From the NCBI RefSeq assembly GCF_001194135.2, contig NC_068982.1, positions 105,294,641 through 105,358,640 on the forward strand: a DNA stretch of 64,000 bases, written 5' to 3'. Position 1 is the first letter of the stretch; each line of letters starts with the position of its first letter. Position numbers and translations under genes: made by a program. A model generated the notes under the pieces. The model searched no databases and had not been told where the DNA came from. It worked only from the letters and a program-made list of their open reading frames with translations. This document shows positions 48,249 to 60,289 of the stretch, in pieces. This stretch comes from Octopus bimaculoides. Its lineage: Eukaryota.

Positions 48249-50847
48249 NNNNNNNNNNNNNNNNNNNNNNNNNNNNNNNNNNNNNNNNNNNNNNNNNNNN
48301 NNNNNNNNNNNNNNNNNNNNNNNNNNNNNNNNNNNNNNNNNNNNNNNNNNNNNNNNNNNNNNNNNNNNNNNNNNNNNNNNNNNNNNNNNNNNNNNNNNNN
48401 NNNNNNNNNNNNNNNNNNNNNNNNNNNNNNNNNNNNNNNNNNNNNNNNNNNNNNNNNNNNNNNNNNNNNNNNNNNNNNNNNNNNNNNNNNNNNNNNNNNN
48501 NNNNNNNNNNNNNNNNNNNNNNNNNNNNNNNNNNNNNNNNNCACTACCCTGTCAGAAAATGGTTTCAGGAGTTGTGAAGAAAGAATTTGTACGTAGTCTG
48601 TTTCTGAGAGCTATTCTATTGGACGTCTGTCTAATCATTAAAATATTTATTTATGAACATAGAAAGAAATTATACATTAATCCCAATCCCAATTTTTGTA
48701 AGCAGTTGTATCCGTAAAAATTTTATTTGCAGAGAGCAGGAATTGAAAGATATATGAAATGGACGTGCGTGTGTGTGTGTATGTGAGAGAGAAAGAGAGA
48801 TAGAGTGAGTGAGTGAAGTTGTGTGTCATTGACTTACGTTGGCTGGCACGACAAGTACAAAGCCAGATGCTAAAGGAAAATAATTGAACTGCAACCAGGC
48901 TCAATAAAAGGAGCCAGAGTTATTGGCTGCAATTACATACTTGAAGTCAATTTGGCAGAAATTAAATCAGCTTGCAAATACACGTTCACTTTCCTAAATT
49001 TATACTCTGGTTAAACTTCAGCAGCCCGAGTGCCGGAGTCGCCACTGGTATACATACATGCATATATATATCATCATCATCATCATCATCGTTTAACGTC
49101 CGCTTTCCATGCTAGCATGGGTTGGACGATTTGACTGAGGACTGGCGAACCAGATGGCTACACCAGGCTCCAATCCGATTTGGTAGAGTTTCTACAGCTG
49201 GATGCCCTTCCTAACGCCAACCACTCAGAGAGTGTAGAGGGTGCTTTTATATATATATTATCTTTTACTTGTTTCAGTTATTGGACTGCAGCCTTGCAGG
49301 GACACTGTCTGACAGGATTTAATTGAACAAATCAATCCCAGTAATATTTTTTTTAAAGACTGGTACTTATTCTATAGCTTTATTTTGCTAAACTGCTAAT
49401 TTAGTGAGGCATAAGCCAACACTGGTTGTTAAGCAGTGGGATGAGGATAAACACAAATGCAAAGCCATACACACATGCATTACAGGCACTCACACAGTTT
49501 CCTTCTACCAAATTCACTAACAAGTTATTGTTTAGCCCAGAGCTGTAGTAGAAGACACTGGCCAAGATGCTGTGCAGTGGGACTGAAGCCAAAATTACAT
49601 AAGTTTGAAGTGAGCTTCTTAACTACTCACCCATGCATCTGTTTCATATCATTATTTTCTCGGTCTACATCACAACCACAATTTTTATTACTTTTGATCT
49701 GCCATGTTTACTCTGCTGATTGTATCTACTCCAATAACATGAACTGCAAGTTCACAGAGGTCCCTTGTCTCAAAATGCAACATCTTGTGAGCAGTCTTTG
49801 GCCAAGTTTTTCCAAGTGTCTCTCTCTTCTGTAAATTCCATTCACTTTGTGTGTGCAGTACTTAAACAGTTGTCATCATCCATATGTATCATGCATCTAC
49901 ACAACATCTGATTCCTATAATATCCAGCCTGCCTCATGGTCTTTCGATTCCTTAATACTCTGTCACTAAAATTACACATCAGGTGTGTAATTCTTCTGAT
50001 GTGTTACACATTATCAGAAGAACGATGTGTAATTCTTCTGAATTACATGTTATTGAGAAGCTTACTTGCTTTATTTCTTTCTCATTTCAGCAAAACCTCT
50101 GCATTTAGGATCCTTACCTCACTATAAATTATTAATTTATTAATTGTAAATATGATTGAATTTAATAATTTCTGACTTGGTGTTTTAAAAGAAGAAAAAA
50201 TATTGTAAACAGTTTTTCGAGCGAGGTCGTTGCCAGTGCCGCTGGACTGGTTCCTGTGCAGGTGGCACGTAAAATACACCATTTTGAGCATGGCCGTTGC
50301 CAGTACCGCCTGACTGGCCTTCGTGCCGATGGCACGTAAAAGCACCCACTACACTCTCAGAGTGGTTGGCGTTAGGAAGGGCATCCAGCTGTAGAAACTC
50401 TGCCAAATCAGATTGGAGCCTGGTGTAGCCATCTGGTTCGCCAGTCCTCAGTCAAATCGTTCAACCCATGCTAGCATGGAAAGTGGACGTTAAACGACGA
50501 ACGAACGATTTTGAAAAAGTGATAAGGGAACTTTTGGGAAGCTGAGCTTGCAAGCTGATTTTAATTCCCAATTGTAGTTATTTGTTTATCTGATGAATGT
50601 CATTGTTTTCCAACTTCTAAAAATCTCACGTGATTAAAATTATGTAAGAAATCATTGTTAAACAACATTGGAACAGTTTTCCAATCTGATTAAACCATGA
50701 TCTGTAACACCTATGTTCTGATCTTTCATAGTCAATCGCTAATGATGGATTACACCTTACGGTCTAAAACCTTTGACATGTTCTTGGGAAATGGATACAG
50801 AAAGGAATGCAAATGAATATAAAGAAGGATGTGTCTAAAAGTATTAC

Positions 50848-50935
50848 CTATTTTAAATGTGTGATATCCATATCCAAAGTGTAATCTCTGTGAAGTCCTA
50901 GATGCAAATTTAACAAACTGTTGAAGTCTGCAGAG
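50848..50935 (-). other. Duplicated PRDX3 exon 2 (presequence exon) with intact splice sites: LCRLQQFVKFASRTSQRLHFGYGYHTFKIG
   Basis: Part of a segmental duplication about 41785-42440 vs 50530-51170; identical acceptor (gatttcacag) and donor (G|gtaata), open frame, 6-nt in-frame insertion. Confidence 0.8.
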
Positions 50936-52478
50936 CTGTGAAATCACATGAAATGAAACAGATAAACTAAGATTAGAAGACAAGAAATATATCATTGTAG
51001 GCTATTAGTTATAAGATGATGAATATTTTACAGTCTACTAGATAACATTTAGAGGGAGAATTTAGTGAAGAAATAATCAATAAATAGATCCATTTGATTC
51101 TAAAACCAGGAAATAATTCCAGCCAGCTCTACTGGAGTTTGATTAATAAACATGCCCAGACTTTTACCAGGAAAGAAGTGTAGTGAGTAGAAGAGAAGAA
51201 AATAGAAGTGATATCATAATGTATATAGTTGCTGTTAGAGAAATATATTTGCTTGTTTTATTATTTTTTAATTTTTTAAAGATCTCTGATGTCAGAACAA
51301 CTCTATTTACAAGAATAGCATTGCATGATGAATGATTTCTCTGTCTCTGGCAATTTCTACCGGCAAGCATGTTTGTGTGGTTAAGAAGTTTGCTTCTCAG
51401 CCTGTTGGTTCCAGGATAAATCCCACTGTGTGGCACCTTAGGAAGTGTCTTCTGTCCCAAGCAGAATAAAACTTTGTGAGTGGATTTGGTAAATGGAAAG
51501 TGAAAGAAGCCCATCGCACATGTGTGTGTGTGTAAGTGTACATGTGTGTGAGTTGGTATTCACTTGTCTTGAGATTATATGATTGTTGTAAATGAGCATC
51601 ACCATCCTACACAGTGTTCTTTGTTTCCATACTTCTGTGGAAATAAATCCTGTCATAGGGAAATATTACCTTACTTTTAAAAAAGATGAGGAATGGCAAC
51701 AGGAAGGGCATCCTGCTGTAGAGAAATTTCCCCAACAAATTCCATCCAAGTCATGCAAGCATGGAAAGGTGGATGGTAAAAGAAGGATGATGTGAACAGA
51801 ATATCTATAGGCACTGATATGGGCCCCAATTACGATAACTTGTTTGTTGGTCACAGTTTAAGTTTACTCAAACAATCTCTGAGTCATGTAACCTGTACAT
51901 TGATGACTGTATCAAAGTACAAGCACACTCATCCAGTTAAGTAAAATCAAGACCCTAAAGATGTGTTGTTTATGCTCTTGCCCTTACAGACAATCTGTTC
52001 CTGATAAACTTCTCACCAGAGGCCACAAATTGCATTCAGTTTTCCACAAAAATTCAGGTTTCTGTGCAGTTTTGTTGCCAGTGATGGAAATATGTTAAGT
52101 TCTCACAAGTTTACTGTCTATGGCAACACTCATAATTTTAGTTTGTAATTCCAAAAGTACAATTCAAAGTTTGATCAACTTTTCTTTGATAAAATTCATT
52201 CTTTGTACTTTATTGGGTCAAATGTCCTTATCCAACTCTTTATTTAGGCCTTATCCTGATAGGGTCATCATCGTCACTGTTGTCATTGGCATTGGCATTG
52301 GTGGTGTTGTTGGCAGTGGCGGTGTCAGTGTCATTGGCGTCAGTGGTGTCCTCATCAGCATATCTGTTTTAACATTCTCATTTCCATGCTTGTATGGGTC
52401 AGGCAAACTTCATTGGAGCAGATTTTCTGTGATTAGACACCCTTCCTATCACTAATCCTCATTTGATTCCAAGCAAGG

Positions 52479-54150
52479 TGTTGTAGTTAGGCAAGTAAAG
52501 ACACGACTATCTATGACCAACTCTGCTGACTTCTCGACATCACAGTATTTGTAACAACTAACATATACCACTCATCACGTGGGAGGGGTGTTCCATTATT
52601 ATTATTAACCCCATAGCATCTCTCCTTTTAAGTTTTTTTTTTCTTAGGGAATGTAATTTTATTTCTTTTTATTAGCAATAATTTTTACATCACCCCACCT
52701 TCCGTTTTAGAGTTTTTTTTCATACAGTTACAAATTGAATATTTTTTGCGATTAGTATCCACTTCTTGGAACTCCATACATTTTCTTTTTCTTTCATTTG
52801 TGCATCTGGGTTCAATTATTTGTAGTGGCATTGATACTTGAAAAGTATCATATAACTATTCCATTGGTTCTTCTATTCTCTTGGGTTCGTTCTTAATGAA
52901 TCTTTTTTTTAGTTGAATTATGTGTCTCTTGTATACCTATTTTCTTCCTTTTACAAAGTATAGTATTTTTCCTATACGTTTGATAATCATGCCATCTTCC
53001 CAACATTGTTTTCCATTCTTATATGCCCTAACAAATGCATTTTCACCAATTTTGAAATATTTTGCTGTATTATCCATTGCAATTTTTCTTTTCTTACCAG
53101 ATAGCAATTTGTTGAAGACTGATTTTATTTTCCTCACAAACATCAGCTCTGCTGGTGACATACCTGCTGGTGACATACCTGCTGGTGACATACCTGCTGG
53201 TGACATACCTGCTGGTGTGTTTGGATTTGGTGTCACTCGGTATACTCTTAAAAATTGTTGTAGGGTTACCTCATTCATGACATCCTTATTTGACTTTCTT
53301 AGAACTCTCTTGAATGTATTGATAAAGCATTCTGCTTGTCCGTTAGATCTGGGATGGTATGGTGCAGTAATTACATGTTATACAGCAAATGTTTTACAAA
53401 ACTTTTTAAACTCAAAAGACACAAATTGTGTTCCATTATCAGACACTATAGTGTCTGGGACACCAAATCTCACAAACAACTCATGAATAAAGCTTGTAGT
53501 TGAGAAAGTTGGCTTTTTACACTTACAAATTTCTGGCCATTTAGAGACACCATCTACTACCACTAAGTAGTATGAACCATTTAAGGGACCAGTGAAACCA
53601 ATGTGCAGTCTTGATCACGGAACATCTACTTTTGCCAAGGTTCACTTTGTATCGTCGGTAATTTTGCTGCTATAAGCACATCCTCTGCAGCCTTCCACTA
53701 AATTTTTGATCTCTTTATTTTTGGCCAGTACACATAGCTACATTAAAGCTTTCGTCCTTGAAATACCAGGATGTCCAACATAGAATTCCCTCAGCATTTT
53801 CTTTTGCAGTGTTTCAGGTATTACTACTCTCTGTGCATACATCAGTATGCCATCACAAATTGAGTATAAGTTCATGTCTTGATTTTGTTTCACACCAATC
53901 CTGTACCTATTTACTTATCCTGTTCACAGTATTCTTTGCATTTCAGCTATGAATTTGTCCTTTTCCACATTTTGTTTTATATCTTCTAGGGTCACCAGTA
54001 ATTTGCATACCATATTCCACATTACGTTTTTTATTTCTCTTTCTGATCTTAATGCTGCAATTACTATTTCTTTGAATGGCGCACAGTGCTTTCGGATCAG
54101 TCTGGACAAACCATTTGCTTTCCCTTTTACGTGTCCAATTTTTCCATAAG
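52479..54150 (-). mobile_element. Ty3/Gypsy element 3' half: RNaseH end, integrase, PPT, 3' LTR
   Basis: VVDGVSKWPE...LFVRFGVPDTIVSDNGTQF (integrase core) and RVTPNPNTPAGMSPAELMF; PPT aaaaggagaga at 52619-52629; LTR TG...CA at 52618 to 52479. Confidence 0.88.
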
Positions 54151-54782
54151 GACACAGGAAATGTGTCAAGGCCGACAGGAAGCGGCCTAGCTTCCTAGGG
54201 CTAAATAGCAGCAGTATGATTCCCTTATTGGGACTGTCACATTGAGTTGACAGTAGACAACTGCTTTATANNNNNNNNNNNNNNNNNNNNNNNNNNNNNN
54301 NNNNNNNNNNNNNNNNNNNNNNNNNNNNNNNNNNNNNNNNNNNNNNNNNNNATATATATATATATATATATATAAAATGAGTTAAAACCATATAATAAAT
54401 ACACCATCAAATGGGAAACAAATACAAATAACTCCTCATCAGTTATCAGCCAGTGGGGCAATCACAATTTTGCACCTAACCAATAATATTGCATCCCCTA
54501 CTGGTGGCACTAATAGCAAACGCTGCTGGGAATTGGTGAGCCAAAAAATAAGAAACAAGACAGAAAATGAACAGACAAATATATATGTATAAAGAGAGAG
54601 AGAGTGAGAGAGAGAAATAGATAGATAGAGATATAGATATATACATACATGCACAAATATATATCATCAACTTCGTCATCATCATTTAATGTTTGCCTTC
54701 CATGCTGGCATAGGTTAGATGGTCTGGCAGGAGCTGGCCAATCAAGAGCCTGCACCAGACATCTGTTTGTGTATGCATATGT

Positions 54783-54823
<41 letters not shown>

Positions 54824-54952
54824 CGTGAGCATGTATACTTTCTTGTCTTGACATCAGAGGATTGTTGTAAACATGTGTCATTACCATACAAGTAGTATCA
54901 TTCATTTCCAATGTTTTGTGAAAACATGGCCAGTCATGGGGAAATGCTTCCT

Positions 54953-56030
54953 TGTATTATGGGAATAATAATAATAATGGAACACCCCTCCCACATGACG
55001 AGTGGTATGTGCTAGCCATTACAAATACTGTGACGTTGAGAAGTCAGCAAAGTCGGTCATAGATAGTCATGTCTTTACTTGTCTAACTAACTATACTGCT
55101 ATACTGGAGTGGATGTTACAACAGTCCAACATTGGATTACAACAGTGGTGACAAGGAATAAAAGAACTCACAAGGAGTTACAAAACTCACAAACGTTTTT
55201 TGTGCGAATTTTACGGTATACAAAATCATAAAATTATGGAAGATTTGTTGGCCAGTTTGCTCAAGTTGCAAAACCAGCAACAACAACAACTGAAAAAAAC
55301 AACAACAATTTCTGTTAAAGCAACAAATGCTGCAACTAATGAATAGTAAGTCATCAAAAAATTCTGTAAAGATGTTCTCGCCAGATTATGTTGCAAACTC
55401 AATAATGGAATTTAAGTATGAGCCAGATGAAAGAGTTACCTTCGAGGCATATTATAAAATGAAAACACATCCAATCCTAAGAAAACTGGCAACAGGATAA
55501 CATGAGCATTACAGCAATTATGTACACACAAAAAAAACCTTCTGGCATAAACTTTAGAAATATAATAGATATATTGTGTAAAATTTTTGTGAGAAATCTC
55601 ATTGTTCAATACACACTGGAAATGTTTGAACCTAGAAAAGAACAAGGAGGACTACATCACATATGCTGGTAGAGTTAACAAAGAATGGGAAAGTTCAAAA
55701 TGGACAACTTAAAACCTGGTATTTACTCAAGGAGTAACTGCAGAAAAGGATGCAGAAGTAAGGACAGGAATTCTCACAGTAACTTTACAAAACCAAGCTG
55801 TAACCTTAAAACAAGTGTCAGAAGAGTGTGGAAGAATAGTAAATCTAAAGCAGGACACAGAGAAAATTGAACATAAAAATTGCTCCTTAGTGAAACAAGT
55901 GTGTTGGAAAATACAGAGCAAGCAGAATAGAAATCAAGTGTGTATTAAAATACAGTACAAACAGGACAAAAGTCAGGAAACAAACTTATATTCTGTCTAT
56001 GTGGATGTCTACACCTGAGAATGTCCTTAT
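54953..56030 (+). mobile_element. Ty3/Gypsy element 5' half: 5' LTR, PBS, degenerate gag
   Basis: LTR 54953-55144 about 89% identical to 52479-52618 (inverted); PBS-like TGGTGACAAGG at 55146-55156; gag-like MEFKYEPDE..TFEAYY and EECGRIVNLKQDT. Confidence 0.8.
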
Positions 56031-56074
56031 GTTTATGAGGGGGAGACAAGCACCTCCACACAGCTTAGCCTGCA

Positions 56075-56117
56075 TTCAGGGACATGTTGCTGAGTCTTTG
56101 CTCGTCATCAGCCTGAA
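56075..56117 (-). ncRNA. Degenerate minimal hammerhead motif, second family
   Basis: ttcagg-CTGATGA-cgag(caaaga)ctca-GCAAC-at-GTC-cctgaa: perfect 6-bp stem I, GUC triplet, palindromic ACATGT; core GAAA reads GCAA. Confidence 0.55.
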
Positions 56118-57231
56118 GTAGCATGACCAGCTGGCTGAAGATGCCTGTCAATCTCTCATAAATAAATAAATTATAAATGATCTAATTATAAATCTCACAG
56201 AGAGACTTAAGCAGCAGTGTTATGATAAAGCAGTTGTATACTGTCAACTTAATGTGACAGTCCCAATAAGGGAATCATGCTGCTGCTATTTAGCCCTAGG
56301 AAGCTGGACCACTTCCTGTTGGCATTGACACATTTCCTGTGTGTATACATATATTGTATATATATATANNNNNNNNNNNNNNNNNNNNNNNNNNNNNNNN
56401 NNNNNNNNNNNNNNNNNNNNNNNNNNNNNNNNNNNNNNNNNNNNNNNNNNNNNNNNNNNNNNNNNNNNNNNNNNNNNNNNNNNNNNNNNNNNNNNNNNNN
56501 NNNNNNNNNNNNNNNNNNNNNNNNNNNNNNNNNNNNNNNNNNNNNNNNNNNNNNNNNNNNNNNNNNNNNNNNNNNNNNNNNNNNNNNNNNNNNNNNNNNN
56601 NNNNNNNNNNNNNNNNNNNNNNNNNNNNNNNNNNNNNNNNNNNNNNNNNNNNNNNNNNNNNNNNNNNNNNTATATATCTTTATCTCTCATCTGTATTTTT
56701 TATCCCAGTCATTAGACTGCGACCATGCTGGGGCACTGCCTGGTACTAATTCTATCGGTCTCTTTTTGCTGAGCTTCTAGGTTAAGGGAACCTAAACACA
56801 CCAACATCGGTTGTCAAGAAGTGATGGGGGACAAACACAGATATAAAGACATATATATATAATACAAATAATAAATAATAAATGAGTATATGCATATATA
56901 CGTACATGTATGTACATACCTACATCTACCTGTATATATAGATGCATACCTGGGTACAGGACGTTGCAAACAAAACAGACAAAATGAGGAACAGAGTACA
57001 GAAAACACACAGGCCAGATAGAGAACATTTCCTTCATCAGCTGTGTATTTATACACACACACATACACACATATAATGGGCCTCTTTCAGTTTCCATCTA
57101 TCAAAATCCACTCAGAAGGCTCTGGTTGGCTCGAGGCTATAGTAGCAGATACTTGCCTAAGATGCCATGCTGTGGGACGGAACCCAGAACCAGGTGGTTG
57201 GGAAGCAAACTTCTTACCACATAGCCACGTT

Positions 57232-57289
<58 letters not shown>

Positions 57290-58716
57290 TCTTTCTCTCT
57301 TTCTCTATGTATATATATATATATATATATATATGATGAATAAGCAAAAGCAAGAAAAAAATGATGCATCAAGAGGGATAAGTTATAACATTCTTCAGAC
57401 TAAACAAAGGAAATAAGCATAAGAAAAAAGAAAAATCAATATAGTGAAGAAGAAGGTGTGTAATATTAGACAATAAGTTTCATAATTACTATTTCAGAAT
57501 TTTTATTAACTCTGTAAAACCTGTCATTTGATAATTAAAGTGAAGCGGAGAGATAAAATATATGAAAAGAAAAGTAATTTTGAGTAAATTATTTGAAATT
57601 GTTTTGGAGCTGGCCTGGCTAGAATGCTAAGGAGTTCTGAGTGCAGACTCACTACACAACACCTTGAGCAAGGAGGAAGTGTCTTTTACCATTACCTCAA
57701 GTCATCCTTATCCTTGTGAGTAGAATTAGGTTGATGGAAATTGTACAGAAGCCCACCAGAAGAACTACCATAAAAAGGACTATATCTGTACTTGATGGAA
57801 GAGCTAATTTGCTACCAGCATTACCACTGGTACCTTGGTGCTTGGGTACCTCTTAGCAGAGTTCATTCTATTGCAAACATTTGAAGTAGAGCTCTGGTCT
57901 GGAGTATCCCAGTGTTTTGATGTGCTTTTCTCCGACTGGAGCAACCCATGAATTATGGTTTATTCCTTTCTTTCCTCACAATGACTCTCAGTATCTTTGA
58001 GAATGTTTATGGGTACAAGGCACAGTCTTTCCTTCTCTGACTAAGACATAAAAAAAGTCATTCAAAATTAATTAAAATCGTAGGTATTATTAATTGCTTT
58101 GGAATTAGTGTTTGTAATAAATAGTAATTTTCTTTCTAATGTGGTTTGTGGCTGTAGTCATAATCACCATTGAAAATGATGATACTGATATTAGTGATTG
58201 TAAAAGAAAATTGATAGTGTGATGATGATGATGATTATGATGGTGGCGATGGTGGTGGTGGTGATGGGGATGATGATGATGATGACGGCGACAGTTGCAA
58301 TGGCAGTGATGCTACTGCTGCTGATCACATGAAAGAAATAATGCAGTATTTTCTTCTTCTTCTTTCTTCACTCCATCTCTGTCTCTCCTTTGTCTTTCTG
58401 AAGTGCCCGTCTCAAGTTAAGTTACAATAGTGTTACTATGGCGAACTGTGAAGGACAGGCTGTTATAGCCTAAAATGGTTTCTTATAGTGAAAATATTAT
58501 TATATCATCATCATCTTCATCATCATCATCTTCATCATTATCATCATCAACATCATCATCCTCATCACCATCACCATCACCTTCACCATCACCATCATCA
58601 TCATCACTATTATCATCAACGTTTTATGCCTAATTTTCCTTGTAGGCATGTGGGTTGGATGAGACAGTGCTTTATGGCATACATATGTATGTATATATAT
58701 ATATATATATATCTCA

Positions 58717-58756
<40 letters not shown>

Positions 58757-59029
58757 ATAATTACTATGAAGTATTGTGTAGAATATATTGTATAAAAGAT
58801 CATGGGTAAAGCTAAAACAATGCAAAGTAAATCACAAGAAAAAAATATGTGAATTAATGTAGATTTACCTTTTATTCAATATTTTGGGGTTATGACAACA
58901 TTTTCAAGAAATTGACAAATGTAACATATGAATAGTTGTCAGAGCAAGAGAGAGGAGAGGCGGGTGGGAGTGAAGAGAGGAAGTAGGTGTGAGAGGAAGA
59001 GAGGAGAGAGGAGGGGAGTTAGATGAAGA

Positions 59030-59345
59030 GGGGAGAGGAGTTGAACCCATGTGGTGCAAAGGAATGAAGAGAGAAGATTAATTCCTATTCATGGTGAAGA
59101 CGGGAGTCTGGATGGCCCCTGTGCAATGACAATCTGAATACAGACAGGTGTTGTAAAGAATGACTAGTAGTACAGAAATGGCACGAGACAGGGTGTCGTT
59201 GCCAAGTCTGATGTCTTGGAGGTGTTCCATGAACCGGTCAGCCAAGCAGTATCCCATTTGATCGATGTACAGAGAAGGGCAGAGAGAGCAGGTGATGCAG
59301 TAAATGACGTTGCTAGAAGTGCAGGTGAAGTGGTCAGTGATATGG
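59030..59345 (-). mobile_element. Penelope-like element GIY-YIG endonuclease fragment
   Basis: [43 protein letters not shown] = FTC.S.NVIY.I.C..C..LYIG.T...RF.EH pattern. Confidence 0.85.
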
Positions 59346-59384
59346 TATGCATATATATATACACATACACAGATATATATATAC

Positions 59385-59416
<32 letters not shown>

Positions 59417-59490
59417 TTCATACACATGTATATACGTACATACATACATACACACATACAGCCACTTCTTACCACACAGCCACTCTTGTG

Positions 59491-59553
<63 letters not shown>

Positions 59554-60213
59554 GCATACATACACTTTATCATTAAAACTACAAAAACATCACAAAATAT
59601 CATGAAAACTGCTACTCAGAATTTCACGTTCCCATTTGTCAGACAGTTGTGATTGAGAATCACAACTATCCAACAACTGTTTGTTGGACAGGATTGTGAA
59701 ACTCTGAGTAGCATTTTTTGTGATATTTTTGCAGCTTTAATAATAATATTTTGGTATTTGAGTACTATTTTTTCCCACCTTGTTTCACATTTATGTGCTT
59801 ACTCAGGTATATATATATGTATATATACATACATACATATATACACACACACACACATACCCTTCACACACATTGTACCTCCACACAAGTCAGGTCGCTC
59901 TTCTGTGCTGCTGGTAACATGTAATCCAGTACAACTTGTCACATGGTTGGGTTGTCGGTGACTAAATTGGCAACCCCACCAGGATTGCTTGGTGAGGAGG
60001 GTGTTGTTGGACACCCTGCAGGATGAAAAATAAGACCCGTCAAAGGGTGGACGAACTCCATGGCAATCCAACAAAATGTTTGTAAATATGTATATACCAT
60101 TTATTTTTATATATGTATATTTTTACTTGTATATTTTTACTTTTATATATATATTTATTATTTTTTCATTTGTATTTTTTCTATATGTAAAAATATAAGT
60201 AAAAAAAAAAATA

Positions 60214-60250
<37 letters not shown>

Positions 60251-60289
60251 NNNNNNNNNNNNNNNNNNNNNNNNNNNNNNNNNNNNNNN

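Larger units (their letters stand above)
54152..56342. repeat. 118-bp inverted repeat pair (54152-54269 and 56225-56342), part of a hammerhead-bearing pLTR-like unit 56030-56342
   Basis: acacaggaaatgtgtcaa...gcttta vs taaagc...ttgacacatttcctgtgt, roughly 90% identical. Confidence 0.85.

Noticed and set aside
57780-58035. Non-repetitive segment with an acceptor-like site on - strand (SEKERLCLVPINILKD...)
   Set aside because: All frames stop within about 30-55 codons and no family is recognisable; cannot support a gene.
58488-58757. His-rich ORF
   Set aside because: (CAT)n and (TA)n microsatellite; no splice context or complexity.
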